Source: Octopus vulgaris
Lineage: Eukaryota
Assembly: GCA_951406725.2 (NCBI GenBank)
Contig: OX597816.1
Coordinates: 12,028,001-12,092,000 of the forward strand
Reading direction: 5' to 3'
DNA length: 64,000 bases
Made by a program: the position numbers and the translations under genes. Below are positions 48,059 through 62,349 of this stretch, piece after piece (the first letter of the stretch is position 1; every line of letters starts with the position of its first letter). The notes under the pieces are model-generated. The model was given only the letters and a program-made list of their open reading frames with translations, did not search any database and was not told where the DNA came from.

Positions 48059-49304
48059 AATGCCAAAGGTTTTGGTCTCTAATTATTTCTTCTATAAGGC
48101 CCAAAGTTCAACGATCATGCTTCTCTACTTCATCCCATGTCTTCCTGGGTTTACACACACACGCACACACACACACACACACATACACGCACACACACAC
48201 ACACGCACATGCACACACGTGTGTATATTTTTGACATCAGGTGTTGGGTGTACACAAGCCTCACTTCCACATGCTGTTCATTTTCAGATTTCCACGAAAA
48301 TCATGATTGGCCATGAGGAATGCTATTACCTTGCTCAGGAGCATGTGAGGGTTAATGACAGAAAGAGCATCCAGCTGTGAAAAATCTGTCTCAACAAATT
48401 CCGTCTGACTTAAGCAAACATGGAACAGTGGACATTACATGATGACGATAATAATTATAAGGAAGCAGTATTGCATGTGATTTGAGGGAGATATGGTTGC
48501 TATTTCTAGCAGATAATTAGCATCACTGTAATTACCGCATAAGGGAGACTAGAGACTTCTTTCTCAGGTACTTATTAACACATCCATTCACCTAAGTAGT
48601 TATTTCAAGACCAGTAATAGCTTGCCTCGAGGCAGGTCACGGTGATGACTCATTACGAAGCTTTGTTGAAGAATAAGTCATAATGTTAGGAGCTGCACAC
48701 AGCACCCGTTAACATCAAGAATAACCAGCATCTAATTGCACCAATTGACAAATGTTAATTCTGTATGCTACGCCATAATGTTTTACTTGAAATCTGTCAG
48801 ACAATGAAATGTATCTCAACCCCTGTCTCTCTCTTTCTTGTTCTCGCGTTCTCTCTGGTACGTACATCACTCTTTAAGTAACTACCTGAAACTAATAATA
48901 CCAGAGAACAGGACGACGTTAATACTGTATCTAAAATGTTTCAATTAACTTCATTTAATATATTTGTTACTAAAATTATCACAAGTAACTGAATTATTGC
49001 GTTTAATGGAAAATGGTGAAGAAATAAAAGTGTATTTTTTTGTCATATATTTCGCTTGTATATTTATTAGATTTGGTTTGGTGTGTGTGTGGGGGGGATT
49101 GTTATAAACATATGCATGTACATGTGGCTGTGTGGTAAGTAGCTTGCTTACCAACCACATGGTTTCGGGTTCAGTTCCACCGCGTGGTACATTGGAAAAA
49201 TGTCTTCTACTAAAGCCTCAGATTGACCAAAACGTTGTGAGTAGATTTTGTAGACAAAAACTGAAAGAAGCCTGTTGTGTGTTTTGTTTTTTGTTTTGTT
49301 TTTC

Positions 49305-49505
49305 CAGTTTCAGCTCTTGAGCTGTGGCCATGCTGGGGCACCGCCATTGTGGTGAAAGAGTACAGCAGGGATCACCACCCCCTGCCGGAGCCTCGTAGAG
49401 CTTTTTAGGTGTTTTTCGCTCAATAAACACACACAACGCCCGGTCTGAGAATCGAAACCGCGATCCTGCGACCGCGAGTCCGCTGCCCTAACCACTAGGC
49501 CATTG
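49305..49505 (-). mobile_element. Chimeric SINE (C2 head plus A-type tail), second copy
   Basis: GCCATGCTGGGGCACCGCCATT-GTGGTGAAAGAGTACAGCAGGG, same junction as 13430-13642. Confidence 0.7.
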
Positions 49506-49523
49506 TGTGTATATATATATATA

Positions 49524-49664
49524 GAGTCAATCTATTTTATTCGTTGTATTTCACTTTCCTTCAGTTGAATGTGTGTTGATTCTAGTTGAAAACGGTTTTT
49601 CTGTGGTTGCTTCGGAGCTATTTTTAGCACTAGAGTTATCCACATAGTGGACAACTCTCTAATA

Positions 49665-49670
<6 letters not shown>
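49524..49670 (+). mobile_element. Diverged H2/H3-related TA-flanked fragment
   Basis: GCTATTTTTAGCACTAGAGTTATCCACATAGTGGACAACTCTCTAATAATTTAT(TA)n aligns with the H3 right arms (TAGCATAAGGG..CCACATAGTGG..CTC). Confidence 0.55.
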
Positions 49671-49706
<36 letters not shown>

Positions 49707-49938
49707 GTGTATGTGTATTTATGTGTGTCTCTTTGTGTGTCTGTGCTTGTCCCACCACTATTGCTTGACAACCGATGGTGATGTGTCTACATCCCCATAA
49801 CTTAGTGGTTCGGAAAAAGAGACAGAATAAGTACTAAGTTAGAAGGAATAAGTTCTGGGGCCGATTTGTTCAACTAAAGGTGGTGTTCCAGCATGGCCAC
49901 AGACAAATGACTGAAAGAAATAAATGAATAAAAGTAAA

Positions 49939-49997
<59 letters not shown>

Positions 49998-51082
49998 TAT
50001 ACATAGAGAGAGAGAGAGAGGGGGAGGGGAGAGAGAGAGAAAGAGAGAGTGAGATGGTTTCCTTAGAATTTCTTTTGGTATATAATTTATAAATGTGTTA
50101 TGATGGCATGATTTATATAAACACGCATACATGCACGCACACACACACACATACACACACACACACACATGCACACACACAACACACATGCCAATATATG
50201 CACAAGGCGGTGAGATGGCAAAAATGTTAGCATGCCAGGTGAAATTCTTAGCGGCATTTCGTCTGCCATTATATTCTGAGTTCAAATTCTGCTGAGGTCG
50301 ACTTTGACTTTCATCCTTTCGGGGTCGATTAAATAAGTACCAGTTATGCACTGAGGTCGATATAATCAACTTAATCCATTTATCTGTCCTTGTTTGTCCC
50401 CTCTGTGTGTAGCCTCCTGTGGGCAATAAAGAAATAAGAAAGGCTTAGCGGTATTTCATCTGTCTTTGTGTTCTGAGTTCAAATTCTGCTGCAGTCAACT
50501 TTGCCTATCATCCTTTCTGGAGTTGATAAATTAAGTACCAGTTGCACACTGAGTTGATCTAATCGACTGGCCCCCTCCCCGAAAATTTCAGACCTTGTGT
50601 CAAGAATAGAAAAGAATATATGCGTGTGGGAGTATGTATGAATGTAAACATATATGTAGCACTCTGTTGGATATAATGACAAGAGTCCCAGCTGATGCGA
50701 TCAACAGAATGACCTCGCTCAAATGTTTTGTTCACGTGTCACCGGCACAAGTGCCAGTAAGGCGATGCTGACAACGATCACTTATTGAGTAGCTATTTCA
50801 CAGACCTGTTGAATTCTCCTACACTAGCTAGATTAATTATGATGTTTATGGACAAAGAGATGTAACTCTTGGTTTTTATTCTTTTCTTTTCTTGCTTTTT
50901 TCATTTTATCCACCCTTTATTTTATTATTCCACTTTTTGCATTGACTTCCTCTTGCTTTTTCTTTCTCACGTTTTCTCATAAGCCAGCGTCCTTCTTTTC
51001 AAATAGGACTAACCAGATGCACTAAACCTGAAGAGTTTCATGGAAACACAAGACCTGCTATAGAAAGACATGCTATAGAGTT

Positions 51083-51517
51083 AGCCTTGTGAGTGGATTT
51101 GGTTGCCGGAAACTGAAAGAAGCCCGTCGTAAATATGTATATATATATATGTATGTGTTTGTGTGTCTGTCTTTGTCCCCCTAGCATTGCTTGACAACCG
51201 ATGCTGGTGTGTTTACGTCCCCGTAACTTAGCGGTTCGGCAAAAAAGACCGATAGAATAAGTACTGGGCTTACAAAAGAATAAGTCCCGGGGTTGAAAGA
51301 GAGTAAAAAGAGATACTCTTTACTCTTTTGCTCGTTTCAGTCATTTGACTGTGGCCATGCTGGAGTACTTCCTTTAGTTGAACAAACTGACCCCCAGGAC
51401 TTATTCTTTGTAAGCCTAGTACTTATTCTATCAGTCTTTTTTACCGAACCGCTAAGTAAGCACACCAGCATCAGTTGTCAAGCGATGTTGAGGGGACAAA
51501 AACTGACACACAAACAT

Positions 51518-51556
<39 letters not shown>

Positions 51557-52105
51557 CATATATATGATGGGCTTCTTTCAGTTTCCGTCTGCCAAATACA
51601 CTCACAAGGCTTTGGTCGACCCGAGGCTATAGTAGAAGATACTTGCCGAAGGTGCCATGCAATGGGACTGAACCCGGAACCATGTGGTTTGTAAGCAAGC
51701 TATTTACCACACAGCAACTTTGACCGCATGAAACCATTAGTAGCTCTTATTTGAATGCTTTGTTATAGACGTAGTTCTTTTGTAAAAAGCGTGCTTCCAA
51801 ACCACATGGTTCAGGATTCAATACTGTGTGGAACCTTTTACTAAATGCCTTGAGCCGACCAAAGCCTTGTGAGTGAATGTGGTAGATGGAAACTGAAAGA
51901 AGCCCATGTGTGTGTGTATGTGTGTGTCTTTGTGTGCTGGTGTATCTACATCCCCATAACTTAGTGGTTCAGCAAAAGAGACCAATAGAATAAGTACGAG
52001 GCTTTTTAAAAAAAATAAGGACTAGAGTCGATACGTGTGACTAAAAATTCCTTCAAGGCAGTGCTCCAGCGTGGCCACAGTCTAATGACTGAAACAAATA
52101 AAAGA
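51083..52105. mobile_element. Cluster of three SINE family A copies in +/-/+ orientation
   Basis: 51083-51312 (+), 51315-51715 (-), 51785-52105 (+). Confidence 0.8.
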
Positions 52106-52317
52106 TACAGATGAAGGACATATATATATTTGACAGGTTGACTCAAATCCACATTACTGCGAGTTTCACATGTCTGATCATGTATATGTGATGATTCTAA
52201 GCAATATATATAAATATTTAACATAGGAAAGATAAATAGTGTGTGTGTATGTGAAATTGTAAAGAAACATATACTTCACAATATCATACATACACATATA
52301 CATATATACATATATAC

Positions 52318-52411
<94 letters not shown>

Positions 52412-52503
52412 TATATATACATATATATAATATATATATATACATACATATATATATAATATAATATATATATATATACATATATATACATATACATATA
52501 TAT

Positions 52504-52641
<138 letters not shown>

Positions 52642-53502
52642 AAACATCTGTTGTAGACTAGATAAATGATGTGATAGCCTTCACGTTTATATACATTTCA
52701 TCCAATATACATCATGTGTTCTCTTTTCATATGGCTTTCCACTTATTGCACGACTGGGTAAATTAAAATCTTACTCACCACATCACGTTTTAACTTACAA
52801 TTTTCATGTGACAAAACTACAAAATATAGTAAATATAGCAGAAAAAATAAAACAAGAATAACCGAGAAAAAAAAGCCAAAAAAAAAAAAGCAAAAAAATG
52901 GCAAAACAAAATGTAAAGAACTCGACAGAACTATTTTATTGTGAGTATTAATTCTTTTGATCCCCCAATCAATAACAGATGGAGGGAAATTTACTGTGTA
53001 ACAGCATGAGAGAGAGAGAGAGAGAGATGCTTGAGGCAAATTTCACTTATTTTATTAATAATACAGAGCTAAAATAAGACTTGAGGGGGAAACAAAAATT
53101 GAAGTTTATTGGTATTTTATAAATGGTTATTTTTACTGGAAGAACTACAGTTAATTGAAATCTTGTAGAGAGAATGTTTAGTGACAAGGCTTGAAAGCAA
53201 TAACTTGTGAAAGAACAAGAATTAGAATTTGTTATTTCACATTCATCCATCCATCCATCCATTCGTAGACATATGTGTGTACATTCATGTTTACATACGT
53301 GCGTACATATATTCGTAGTTATGGCTGTGTGGTAGGAAATTTGCTTCGAAATCACATGGCTTTGGGTTCATTCCCATTGCGTGGTGCCTTGGGCAAGTGT
53401 CGTGTATTGTAGCCCTAGGCCAAACACTGGATTTGACAAATGGAAACTGAAAGTATCTCATTATATACATATGTATATGTGTGTATGTATATATATATAT
53501 TC

Positions 53503-53712
53503 AAAATGTGACCGCGTGTGTACCATTGGTAATTTTTCCCCTCTGTCTTCCCTTCTCTGGATCTTTCCTTCTCCTATGTTTCTGACGAAGAGCTCCGCTC
53601 GAAACGTTACACCCTCCTTCTTTCCTGAGCATCCAATAATACTATATTTGTTTCACGTCCTTGCGTTGTTGTGTTTTTTTGTGTTTTCTTGTTTGGATTA
53701 ACTTTATATATA
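53503..53712 (+). mobile_element. ~210-bp hammerhead-bearing element family H1, copy 2, between (TA)n tracts
   Basis: AATGTGACC..TGTACC..CTCTGTCTTCCCTTCTCTGGAT..GTTTGGATTAACTTTATATA; both ends coincide with those of the 250-462 copy. Confidence 0.8.
53578..53612 (+). ncRNA. Minimal type-I hammerhead ribozyme motif
   Basis: GUUU-CUGACGA-A-GAGC-UCC-GCUC-GAAAC-GUU-ACAC. Canonical core, one stem I mismatch. Confidence 0.75.
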
Positions 53713-55920
53713 TGTGTGTGTGTGTGTGTGCATATACATATATTCACATAACATTATGTGAAGGTACGTGGCTTAGTGGTAAGAGTATTCAGCTCACAAT
53801 CGTTTGGTCATGAGTTCAATTCCTGGCAACGCATTGTGTCCTTGAGCAAGACACTTTACTTCATATTGCTCCAGTCCACTCAGCTGGCAAAAATGAGTTG
53901 TAGCTGTATTTCAAAAGGGCTTGCCTTGTCACACTCTGTCATGCTGAAGTTCCCAGTCAACTACATTAAGGGTACATGCATCTGTGGAGTACTCAGCCAC
54001 TTGCACATTAATTTCACGAGCAAGTCGTTCCGTTAATTGGATCAACTGGAATGCTCTTTGTCGTACCGATGGAGTGCCACAAAGCATATATGTATGTGTA
54101 TATAGGTGTGTATATGTATATACATATGCACATATGTGTAAGTTTGAGTCTCCTTATCTTGACATCACGATTTACAATATTCTATGAAAACATACTTGGA
54201 CACTAGGAAATATTACCTTGCCTGGAAACAGCTGAGGTTTGGTGATAAGAAGGGCATCCAAATGTAGAAGATCTGCCTCAATAAACTGTTTGACCCATGC
54301 AAACATGATGGTTATGATACATTCATACATACTTATGATCATATAAGTATCAACAAGGAGATTTATGTGAGCAAATATTTCATTACATGTGTTGACAATT
54401 GTTTCATCACTTTCCATAGTCAAGTGTATTGCTATATTATGTATATAATATACACAACTATAGATTCAAGGTGTATAATTATATGAATGCTATTGAATAT
54501 CAGCTTATCAGAATCCTGTATATAATACATTTGCTACAAAAAACTTGTGATAGCATGAATTATACCTACAGCCAATAGGTATGTTTATATGAACACATTT
54601 GTGTATCATCATCATCATCAGCTTGTTATTCTCTTTAAGTGAACATTTTTCTGGTTGAAATACACCGAAAAATGGCGACACAGCAGTAAAAAAAATCATA
54701 AAAAATAGGGATTTTCGTAGAAAAAAAAGCACCTTTTTGATGTAAATAATTTTTGGTGTTAACATGGTCTGATTTGAATTTTTTTCTTCTATGGAAGGAA
54801 GAGCAGGCCTTCTTCTATCATACTTTCTAATTTGGTCAACTTGCGCCGCAGGGTCTTGGAGGAGATAGTGTTAGGTGGTACTGGCAACGACCTCGCTCGA
54901 ATTTTTACACATGCTTCCGGCACAGGTGCCAGTAAGGTGATGCTGGTAACGATCATGCTCAGATGGTGTCTTTTACGTGAACACATTTGTGTATCATTGG
55001 CAATGATAGAAAATACATGCCTTAGGTGCCATGCAGTAGGTCTTAACCCCAAACTACATAATTGGTAAGCAAGTTCCTTAATATAACAGCTATGTATATG
55101 CTGCTATGCAGACATCATTGCATGTAATATATGTTGAAAGATTGAAAAAAGTAAAATGAAAGATGAAGAGATCATAGCAGTTATATAATAAAGCAGATAT
55201 GAACAGAAGACCTAGAATTCATGGCCAGATGCCTTATCCACTCAACCACCAATATGACCGTTCGACCATATCTATATTCTGATTCAAATATATTTATGAT
55301 TTTGATTTAAATTGTATTATCAAAATTTACACTCAAAATATTTTAAAAAATTTATCTCAATTTTTCTTTTTTTTTTGTATGAGTAAATTTTTGGATTGCT
55401 CTTGAAATCTCCATTTCATTTACAAAATTATTAAATTTATCAAAAAAAATTAATAAAAATAATAAAACATGGAAAGAATTTTTAAAAAATAATAAAATAA
55501 AGAAATACAGGAAAAAAGACAGAATAAGAGAATAAAAACGAATAATAAAAATAATAAAAGCAACAACAAAGAAAACTCATGAGTTAGAGATTTCGAAATG
55601 GAATAGCAAAGCAATGTGAGACAAGGATGGAGAGACGAGGAAGGAGAGACGAATGTTGCTTTTCTCTTTATGAAAAAAGATAATATTTATTAAAGCATTT
55701 TGTTTTTCATTTATTTTCATTTTCTTTTACCCCTCCCCTCTCACCCCCTTCCCATTCATAAGGAGATTAAGTTATAAAGTTTTTTTTTATCTATATTTTT
55801 GATAATTAATTTTCCATATTATTCACAGTGAAATTGCCAATCGAAACATCAATTGTTATTTGAGAAATCATTAATATACATACACACATACACATCCATA
55901 CATACACCCCTACATACATG

Positions 55921-55973
<53 letters not shown>

Positions 55974-56085
55974 TTCTGTACATATATATATATACATATT
56001 CATATACATATACAAACACAGACCTACAAATACATACACATAAATATATACGTATTCATATTTATATATATATAAACATATATGC

Positions 56086-56118
<33 letters not shown>

Positions 56119-56126
56119 CACACACG

Positions 56127-56178
<52 letters not shown>

Positions 56179-56222
56179 CTTAGTTATACATAGATGTATC
56201 CATAAATACAAACATATATATT

Positions 56223-56256
<34 letters not shown>

Positions 56257-56727
56257 TATATATATCTATATATATATACATGAACATATATATACACACA
56301 CATATATACATGTATATACACACACAAGCACACACACATGCACAGACACCCCCCTCCACACACACACACACACACAATTCTCTAATAATGCTTTATCTCG
56401 TCATATTTGCCACTGCAATATTAACTTACTGCAAACTCGGCACTAGTACCTCGTCCACCATGTCCACACATACAAGACACTAAATCTAAACTTCTAACCA
56501 CAATACACCTTTCATTACTGCTTCACCTCATTAATTTGTTATTATTATTATTACTTTTTTTTATGTCTATGCATAGTTTTGGCTGCTTTTATTGCTGTGG
56601 CGGCAACAGCGCCCATCCCTGTCCAAATTTCGCTCAGATGTAAAACGGATAATCATTTCACAATGCCGTAATTTAGAAGAATGTATTGTACATGTTTATA
56701 GATTACATTCAACTGGAACATTTAAAG

Positions 56728-56771
<44 letters not shown>

Positions 56772-56875
56772 TGTGTGTGTATAAACCAAATGAGGAGTAA
56801 TATAGCAACATTGTACACTACATCTACATATATACAGAGGTACATATATTTCTGTATACATACATATACACATGC

Positions 56876-56910
<35 letters not shown>

Positions 56911-57034
56911 AGAAGATAGATATGCATACACATATATAGATATATGATATCTATACATATGTATGCATGTATATACATATATATGCGTGTATATATATAT
57001 ATCATCATCATCATCATCATATATATATATATAT

Positions 57035-57071
<37 letters not shown>

Positions 57072-57150
57072 GAGACATGCTTTATATATATATGAAGATA
57101 GATACATATACATACACACACAAATATATATATATATAGGTAGATAGATT

Positions 57151-57218
<68 letters not shown>

Positions 57219-58364
57219 TGCTTTATATTTGCATATATGCTTTATCATAATATATATGAATGCTTTTACATATACATACATACATATGTACATATGCGAA
57301 TGTGTGTGTATTCTAACCTAAATATGCATGTGTATGTTTATATATGTGTAAGTGAATGTGTGTATATATATATTAATTTATTTATATATATGTATATTAT
57401 ATATAATTATGTGTGTGTGTGTGTATGTGTTATGCACATAAGCGTATTGTATATATTTTTTAAACAATTCATGTACATATTTAAATGCTATTCTTCAAGT
57501 ATGCAAGCATATATTGCTACATGCATAAATGAAATGAATACATTTATTAATGTCTAAAATAAATAAATTAACAGATATATGGTCATTAATATTGATGAAG
57601 TGTTGTTTTATAATTATATTTGTCGTAGAAACAATTGCGAATATATAAGGCAAAACAAAAACAAAAAACAAAAAAAAAAAACAGAATAAAAAATATAAAT
57701 TAAAACCAATATCGATGCCGAAGCTGTTGCTAAAATGGATCGGCACTGCGATTTCTAAATTTAATGAGGAATTAAGAGAACTGGTGTGAAATGAGGGAAA
57801 TTAATGGAAAGTGATTGCAGAATTTTTTTTTTTTTTACTTCCTTAATTTTTTGTAAATTTATTGTTTTTTGCTTGTTTGTTTGCTTTATAGTTGTGACAA
57901 TTTCTGTGAGATATATACTCTAATGTTTCACTCCTTTGATGTTATGTTTATTAAATAGATATTAATTAATAACATATACCATAAAATCTAATACGCTGCA
58001 GATTTCTGGCATCATATTTCCAAGTTGATTTTATCGATCCTATTTCATCTCCACGAAAGCCAAAATAAGAATAATAAAAAAAGAAAAAAAATACTAAAAG
58101 TAAGGTATAAACATAGGTATATATAGTTTTTGTTAAATGGCCCTTGCACCCTGTTAAAAGAAATCATTAAATATTAATTATAAAATTATTTCCTATAAAG
58201 TTATAAAGTGTCTGTAAACACATACAATTATATATATATATACATAAATACATATATGTTTACACATGTAGATGTACACATGATTACTATATGTGGGTGA
58301 TTATGGTTTTAGGATTATGTGTGAGTCATCCAATATACATACATACATATATATATACATACAT

Positions 58365-58455
<91 letters not shown>

Positions 58456-59299
58456 TAAACTTTTATATACTTCATGTGCAAAAGAATGGAAACTGTACAT
58501 TAAATCTACACACCCCACTACATACATTTACTACTAAATATATAATTTTATGGGGCATAGATTTTTATCGAGATTGTGCTAAGCATTAAATAAATGAAAG
58601 ATAAATCCCAATAATATGGTTCTAGTTAATAAACATATATTCTAAATGAACATATATATAGCCATAAACATCTACAATATGTATAGGCGTTTATATCCAT
58701 GGGAATATTTTTACATATTGTGCACGTAGCTTATTTTCTGATTTTTACTTATTTCACTCATTAGACTGTGGCCATGCTGGGGCACTGCCTTGAAGAATTC
58801 TTTGTATTGTTTGTTCAGGCTCTTATTTATTATATCAGTATCTTTTGCTGAACTGCGTTATAATGAAAATGTAATGCTTTGTATAAGCTTTGTTGTGTTA
58901 TGTACAAAAGTATTAAAATACGGTTATACATTCTTTGTGCACGTCTCTATGTGTGTATATACATGTGCTTGTGTTTGTGTGTGTGTGGGGGGCCGTTTTT
59001 GATTGGTCCCAGTGTTTATATGGGTCTCTGTGTGTTTTATATTTGGCAGGATGGTGTGTGTGTATATGTGTGCATGTTTGTGTGTATTTGTGTGTGTGTG
59101 GGGGTGATTAGTATTTGTCAGCGTGTCGTGTGTGCACATGTATGTGTATGGGATTGTATTTCTTATTATTACCAAAGAATGTATATCTGTATTTTAATAC
59201 TTTTGTGATAACCAGTACTTAACACAACAAAACTCATACAAAGCTCATACAAAGCTTTACATTTACAGGTAGAAACTCCGGGTTTACGTGAAATATTTT

Positions 59300-59666
59300 A
59301 TATAATATATATAAATAAATAAATGGAGTTAAACGCAGATGTTATTCAAATTCTTTTACTTCCAACACATGTTTCGAAGATATCATTGGTCTTATTCCAA
59401 GGGAATAATACCAATGGTGTAAAACAATGTAATCTTCTCTTCAGGGAAATGAAGAAATAAAACTCATCAATAAGACATTTTAACAGAATATGATGGATAT
59501 GTATAGGGTATTGTGTGTGTGTATGTGTTTGCTTGTGTGTGTGAATGGATTGTATTGTGTGTAATCCCAACAATTACTATACATATTCATTATATTCTGT
59601 TAAAATGTCTTATTGGTGAGTTTTATTTCTTCATTTCCTTGAAGAGAAGATTACATTGTTTTACAC
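59300..59666 (-). mobile_element. Penelope-like short element with hammerhead and inverted 5' arm (59417-59512 and 59572-59666)
   Basis: ~95-bp inverted arms around a ~60-bp spacer; the minus-strand copy continues through a complete hammerhead into a TA-rich tail. Confidence 0.75.
59360..59448 (-). ncRNA. Canonical type-I hammerhead ribozyme motif
   Basis: UUCC-CUGAAGA-GAAGAU..CAUUGGU..ACCAAUG..AUCUUC-GAAAC-AUGU-GUU-GGAA. All core residues present; 6-bp stem II closed by G-C. Confidence 0.85.
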
Positions 59667-61888
59667 GTGAAAAAACATTCACACAAGGTCATTGTCAGTG
59701 CCGCTGGACTGGCTCCTGTGCAGGTGGCATGTAAAAAACACCATTTGAGCATGGCTGTTGCCAGTGTCGGTGGCATGTAAAAGCACCCACTACACTCTCG
59801 GAGTGGTTGGCATTAGGAAGGGCATCAAGCTGTAGAAACTCTGCCAGATCAGATTGGAGCCTGGTGCAGCCATCTGGTTTGCCAGACCTCAGTCAAATCA
59901 TCTAACCCATGCTAGCATGGGAAGTGGACGTTAAACGATGATGATATATATATATATATGCGTCTATGTTATGTTTTGAAAGGCGGCGAGCTGGCAGAAA
60001 CGTTAGCACGCCGAGCGAAATGCGTAGCCGTATTTCGTTTGCCGTTATGTTCTGAGTTTAAATTCCGCCGAGGTTGACTTTGCCTTTCATCCTTTCGAGG
60101 TCGATAAATTAAGTACCAGTAACACACTGGGGTCGATGTAATCGACTTAATCCATTTGTTTGTCCTTGTTTTCCCCCTCTGTGTTTAACTCCTTGTGGGT
60201 AGTAAAGAAATATATATATATATATATATATGGTAATAATAATAATAATAACCCAAAAATGGAATTTCATAAATATTTCAATGAATCATTATTCACATTT
60301 CCACTAGTCATACCAGCTGTAGTTCTTCATAACCCAACTCCAGTCCTGCGGCTCACACCACCAACTGCCCACCATCCATTCATTCACTACTTTATATAAT
60401 TCACTTCACAGTAAAAGCACACCAAAAATATGTGCACCATGCTTTAAACCAGTAACATGATCAACAAACATTATTTTTTATGAGAATTGATTACAGATCC
60501 ATTATTGTTTTTTTTTTTGTTGTAGAACTAAGGACCAGTATTTCAAAATAGTATCACTTAGAATTATATTTATCAGATTATTTCTTCCATTCACTGCAGA
60601 TGATTGCCTGCCAAAACAGCATGCTCGAACTTTATTCTCGCCTTCGTAACAGTATATAAAACCATACACTTAGATGCACAAATAAGAGTGAATATTTACA
60701 CATTACATTTTCTAGAGTTTTACATTTTCATTCATCAATTACCAGAAAGCATTAACATCACATAAGAATCAATAGTTTCTGAAATAAAATTCCTCTTTGC
60801 TTGCTATTTACAAATGATTTTGACATTTAAGCAAGAGAAATATCATTCATACGAACATCAGAGTTCAGTGAACTGAGATATAATACATTGACCATATTTT
60901 ACACAACACAACCACAATGGATTACATTTGACAAGAAGAAATAATTACTTTTTAATTGCAGTTAAATGTATCTATCTATCTTTTTCAGAAATCACAGTAA
61001 ATCTTTTTTTTTTACTATTTGATTGAATTTTTTTATTGGTAGTTTTTTTTTTTACTATATTTTTTTCTTGTTTCAGTCATTGGATGGCAGCCATGCTGGG
61101 AAATTGCCTTGAAGGAGTTTGTCAAACAAATCGATGTTAGTATTCGTTTTGAAGTCTGGTGTTTGTCCTATTAGTCTCTTTTGTTGAACTGCTGAGTTAC
61201 CGAGATGTAAACAGACTTGCAGCATTTATCAATTATTTTTCATGTGTCTACGTTCTGAGTTTGAATTTTGTGGGTGCAGGCGTGGATGTGTGGTAAGTAG
61301 CTTGCTTACAAATCACATGGTTCCAGGTTCATTCCCACTGCATGGCACTTTGGGCAAGTGTCTTTTACTATAGCCTTGGGCCGACCAAAGCCTTGTGAGT
61401 GGATTTGGTAGACAGAAACTGGAAGAAGCCCATACCACCGGACTGGCACTTGTTCCTGTGGCATGTAAGAAGCACCAATTGATTATGGCCGATGCCAGTA
61501 CCCCATGACTGGCCCTCATGCTGGTTGCACATAAAAAGCAGCATCCAAACATGATCGATGCCAGGCCTACCTAACCAGCAACTGTGCCAGTGGCATGTAA
61601 AAAGCACCCACTACACTCTTGGAGTGGTTGGTATTAGGAAGAGCATCCAGCTGTGGAAACATTGCTTGATCAGACTGGAGCATGGTGAAGCACTGGCTCT
61701 CCAGACCTCAGTTAAGCCATCCAACTCATGCCAGCATGGAAAACAGATGTTAAACGATGATGAAAATGATGATGATGATGATGATGATATATGTGTGTGT
61801 GTGTGTATGTTTGTGTGTATGTTTGTGTATCTGTGTTTGCACCCTCAATATCACTTGACAACCGCTGCTGGTATGTTTATGTCCCTGT

Positions 61889-62289
61889 AATTTGCTTCAC
61901 CACATACTGAAATTTAGAAATAGCAGTTAAAATACTATTCTTCAGCAATACTCTACAACTCACGCAGGTAAAGAGAAAAAATAACGAATCCACCCGGCTT
62001 TGATTAACTATATATGCGTTTCTGGGTTAAAGAGATGTAAAAAGATGTAAAATCATATTTCTATTCACTTATTCCCTTCTTCAGTGTAGTATTTCAATTC
62101 TAAATTTGAGAGAACTGATAATTAACATACATACTCGACCAAGCGCCATCGAATAGCCATTGAATAGCTCGACCAAGAGCCATCTTTACCTGTGTGAGTT
62201 GTAGAGTATTGCTGTCTGGGAGATATCTTACTGTAGTGGAATAGTATTTAACTGCTATTTCTAAATTTTGGTATGTGGTGTAGCAAATT
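61889..62289 (-). mobile_element. Family H2 element with hammerhead, bracketed by inverted arms (61889-61975 and 62183-62289)
   Basis: AATTTGCTTCACCACATAC..TTTAGAAATAGCAGTTAAA..CAGCAATACTCTACAACTCAC.CAGGTAAAGA and its reverse complement. Confidence 0.75.
62007..62090 (-). ncRNA. Decayed type-I hammerhead motif
   Basis: ACUACA-CUGAAGA-AGGG..CCCA-GAAAC-GC-AUA-UAUAGU. The inferred ancestor is GAAACGCGUA/UGUAGU (ACGCGU palindrome); position is equivalent to the 4218-4278 motif. Confidence 0.6.
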
Positions 62290-62349
62290 TTGCTGAGCCT
62301 TAATTATAATTATGCTTATAATTATAGAACTTTTGCATATATATATATA

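Noticed and set aside
51020-51060. CTGAAGA-GTTTC-ATG-GAAAC hammerhead
   Set aside because: GAAAC is used up as stem II, with no second GAAA, NUH or stem I.
54640-54875. Helitron/Helentron-like internal fragment
   Set aside because: No termini and no second copy in the window to support it.
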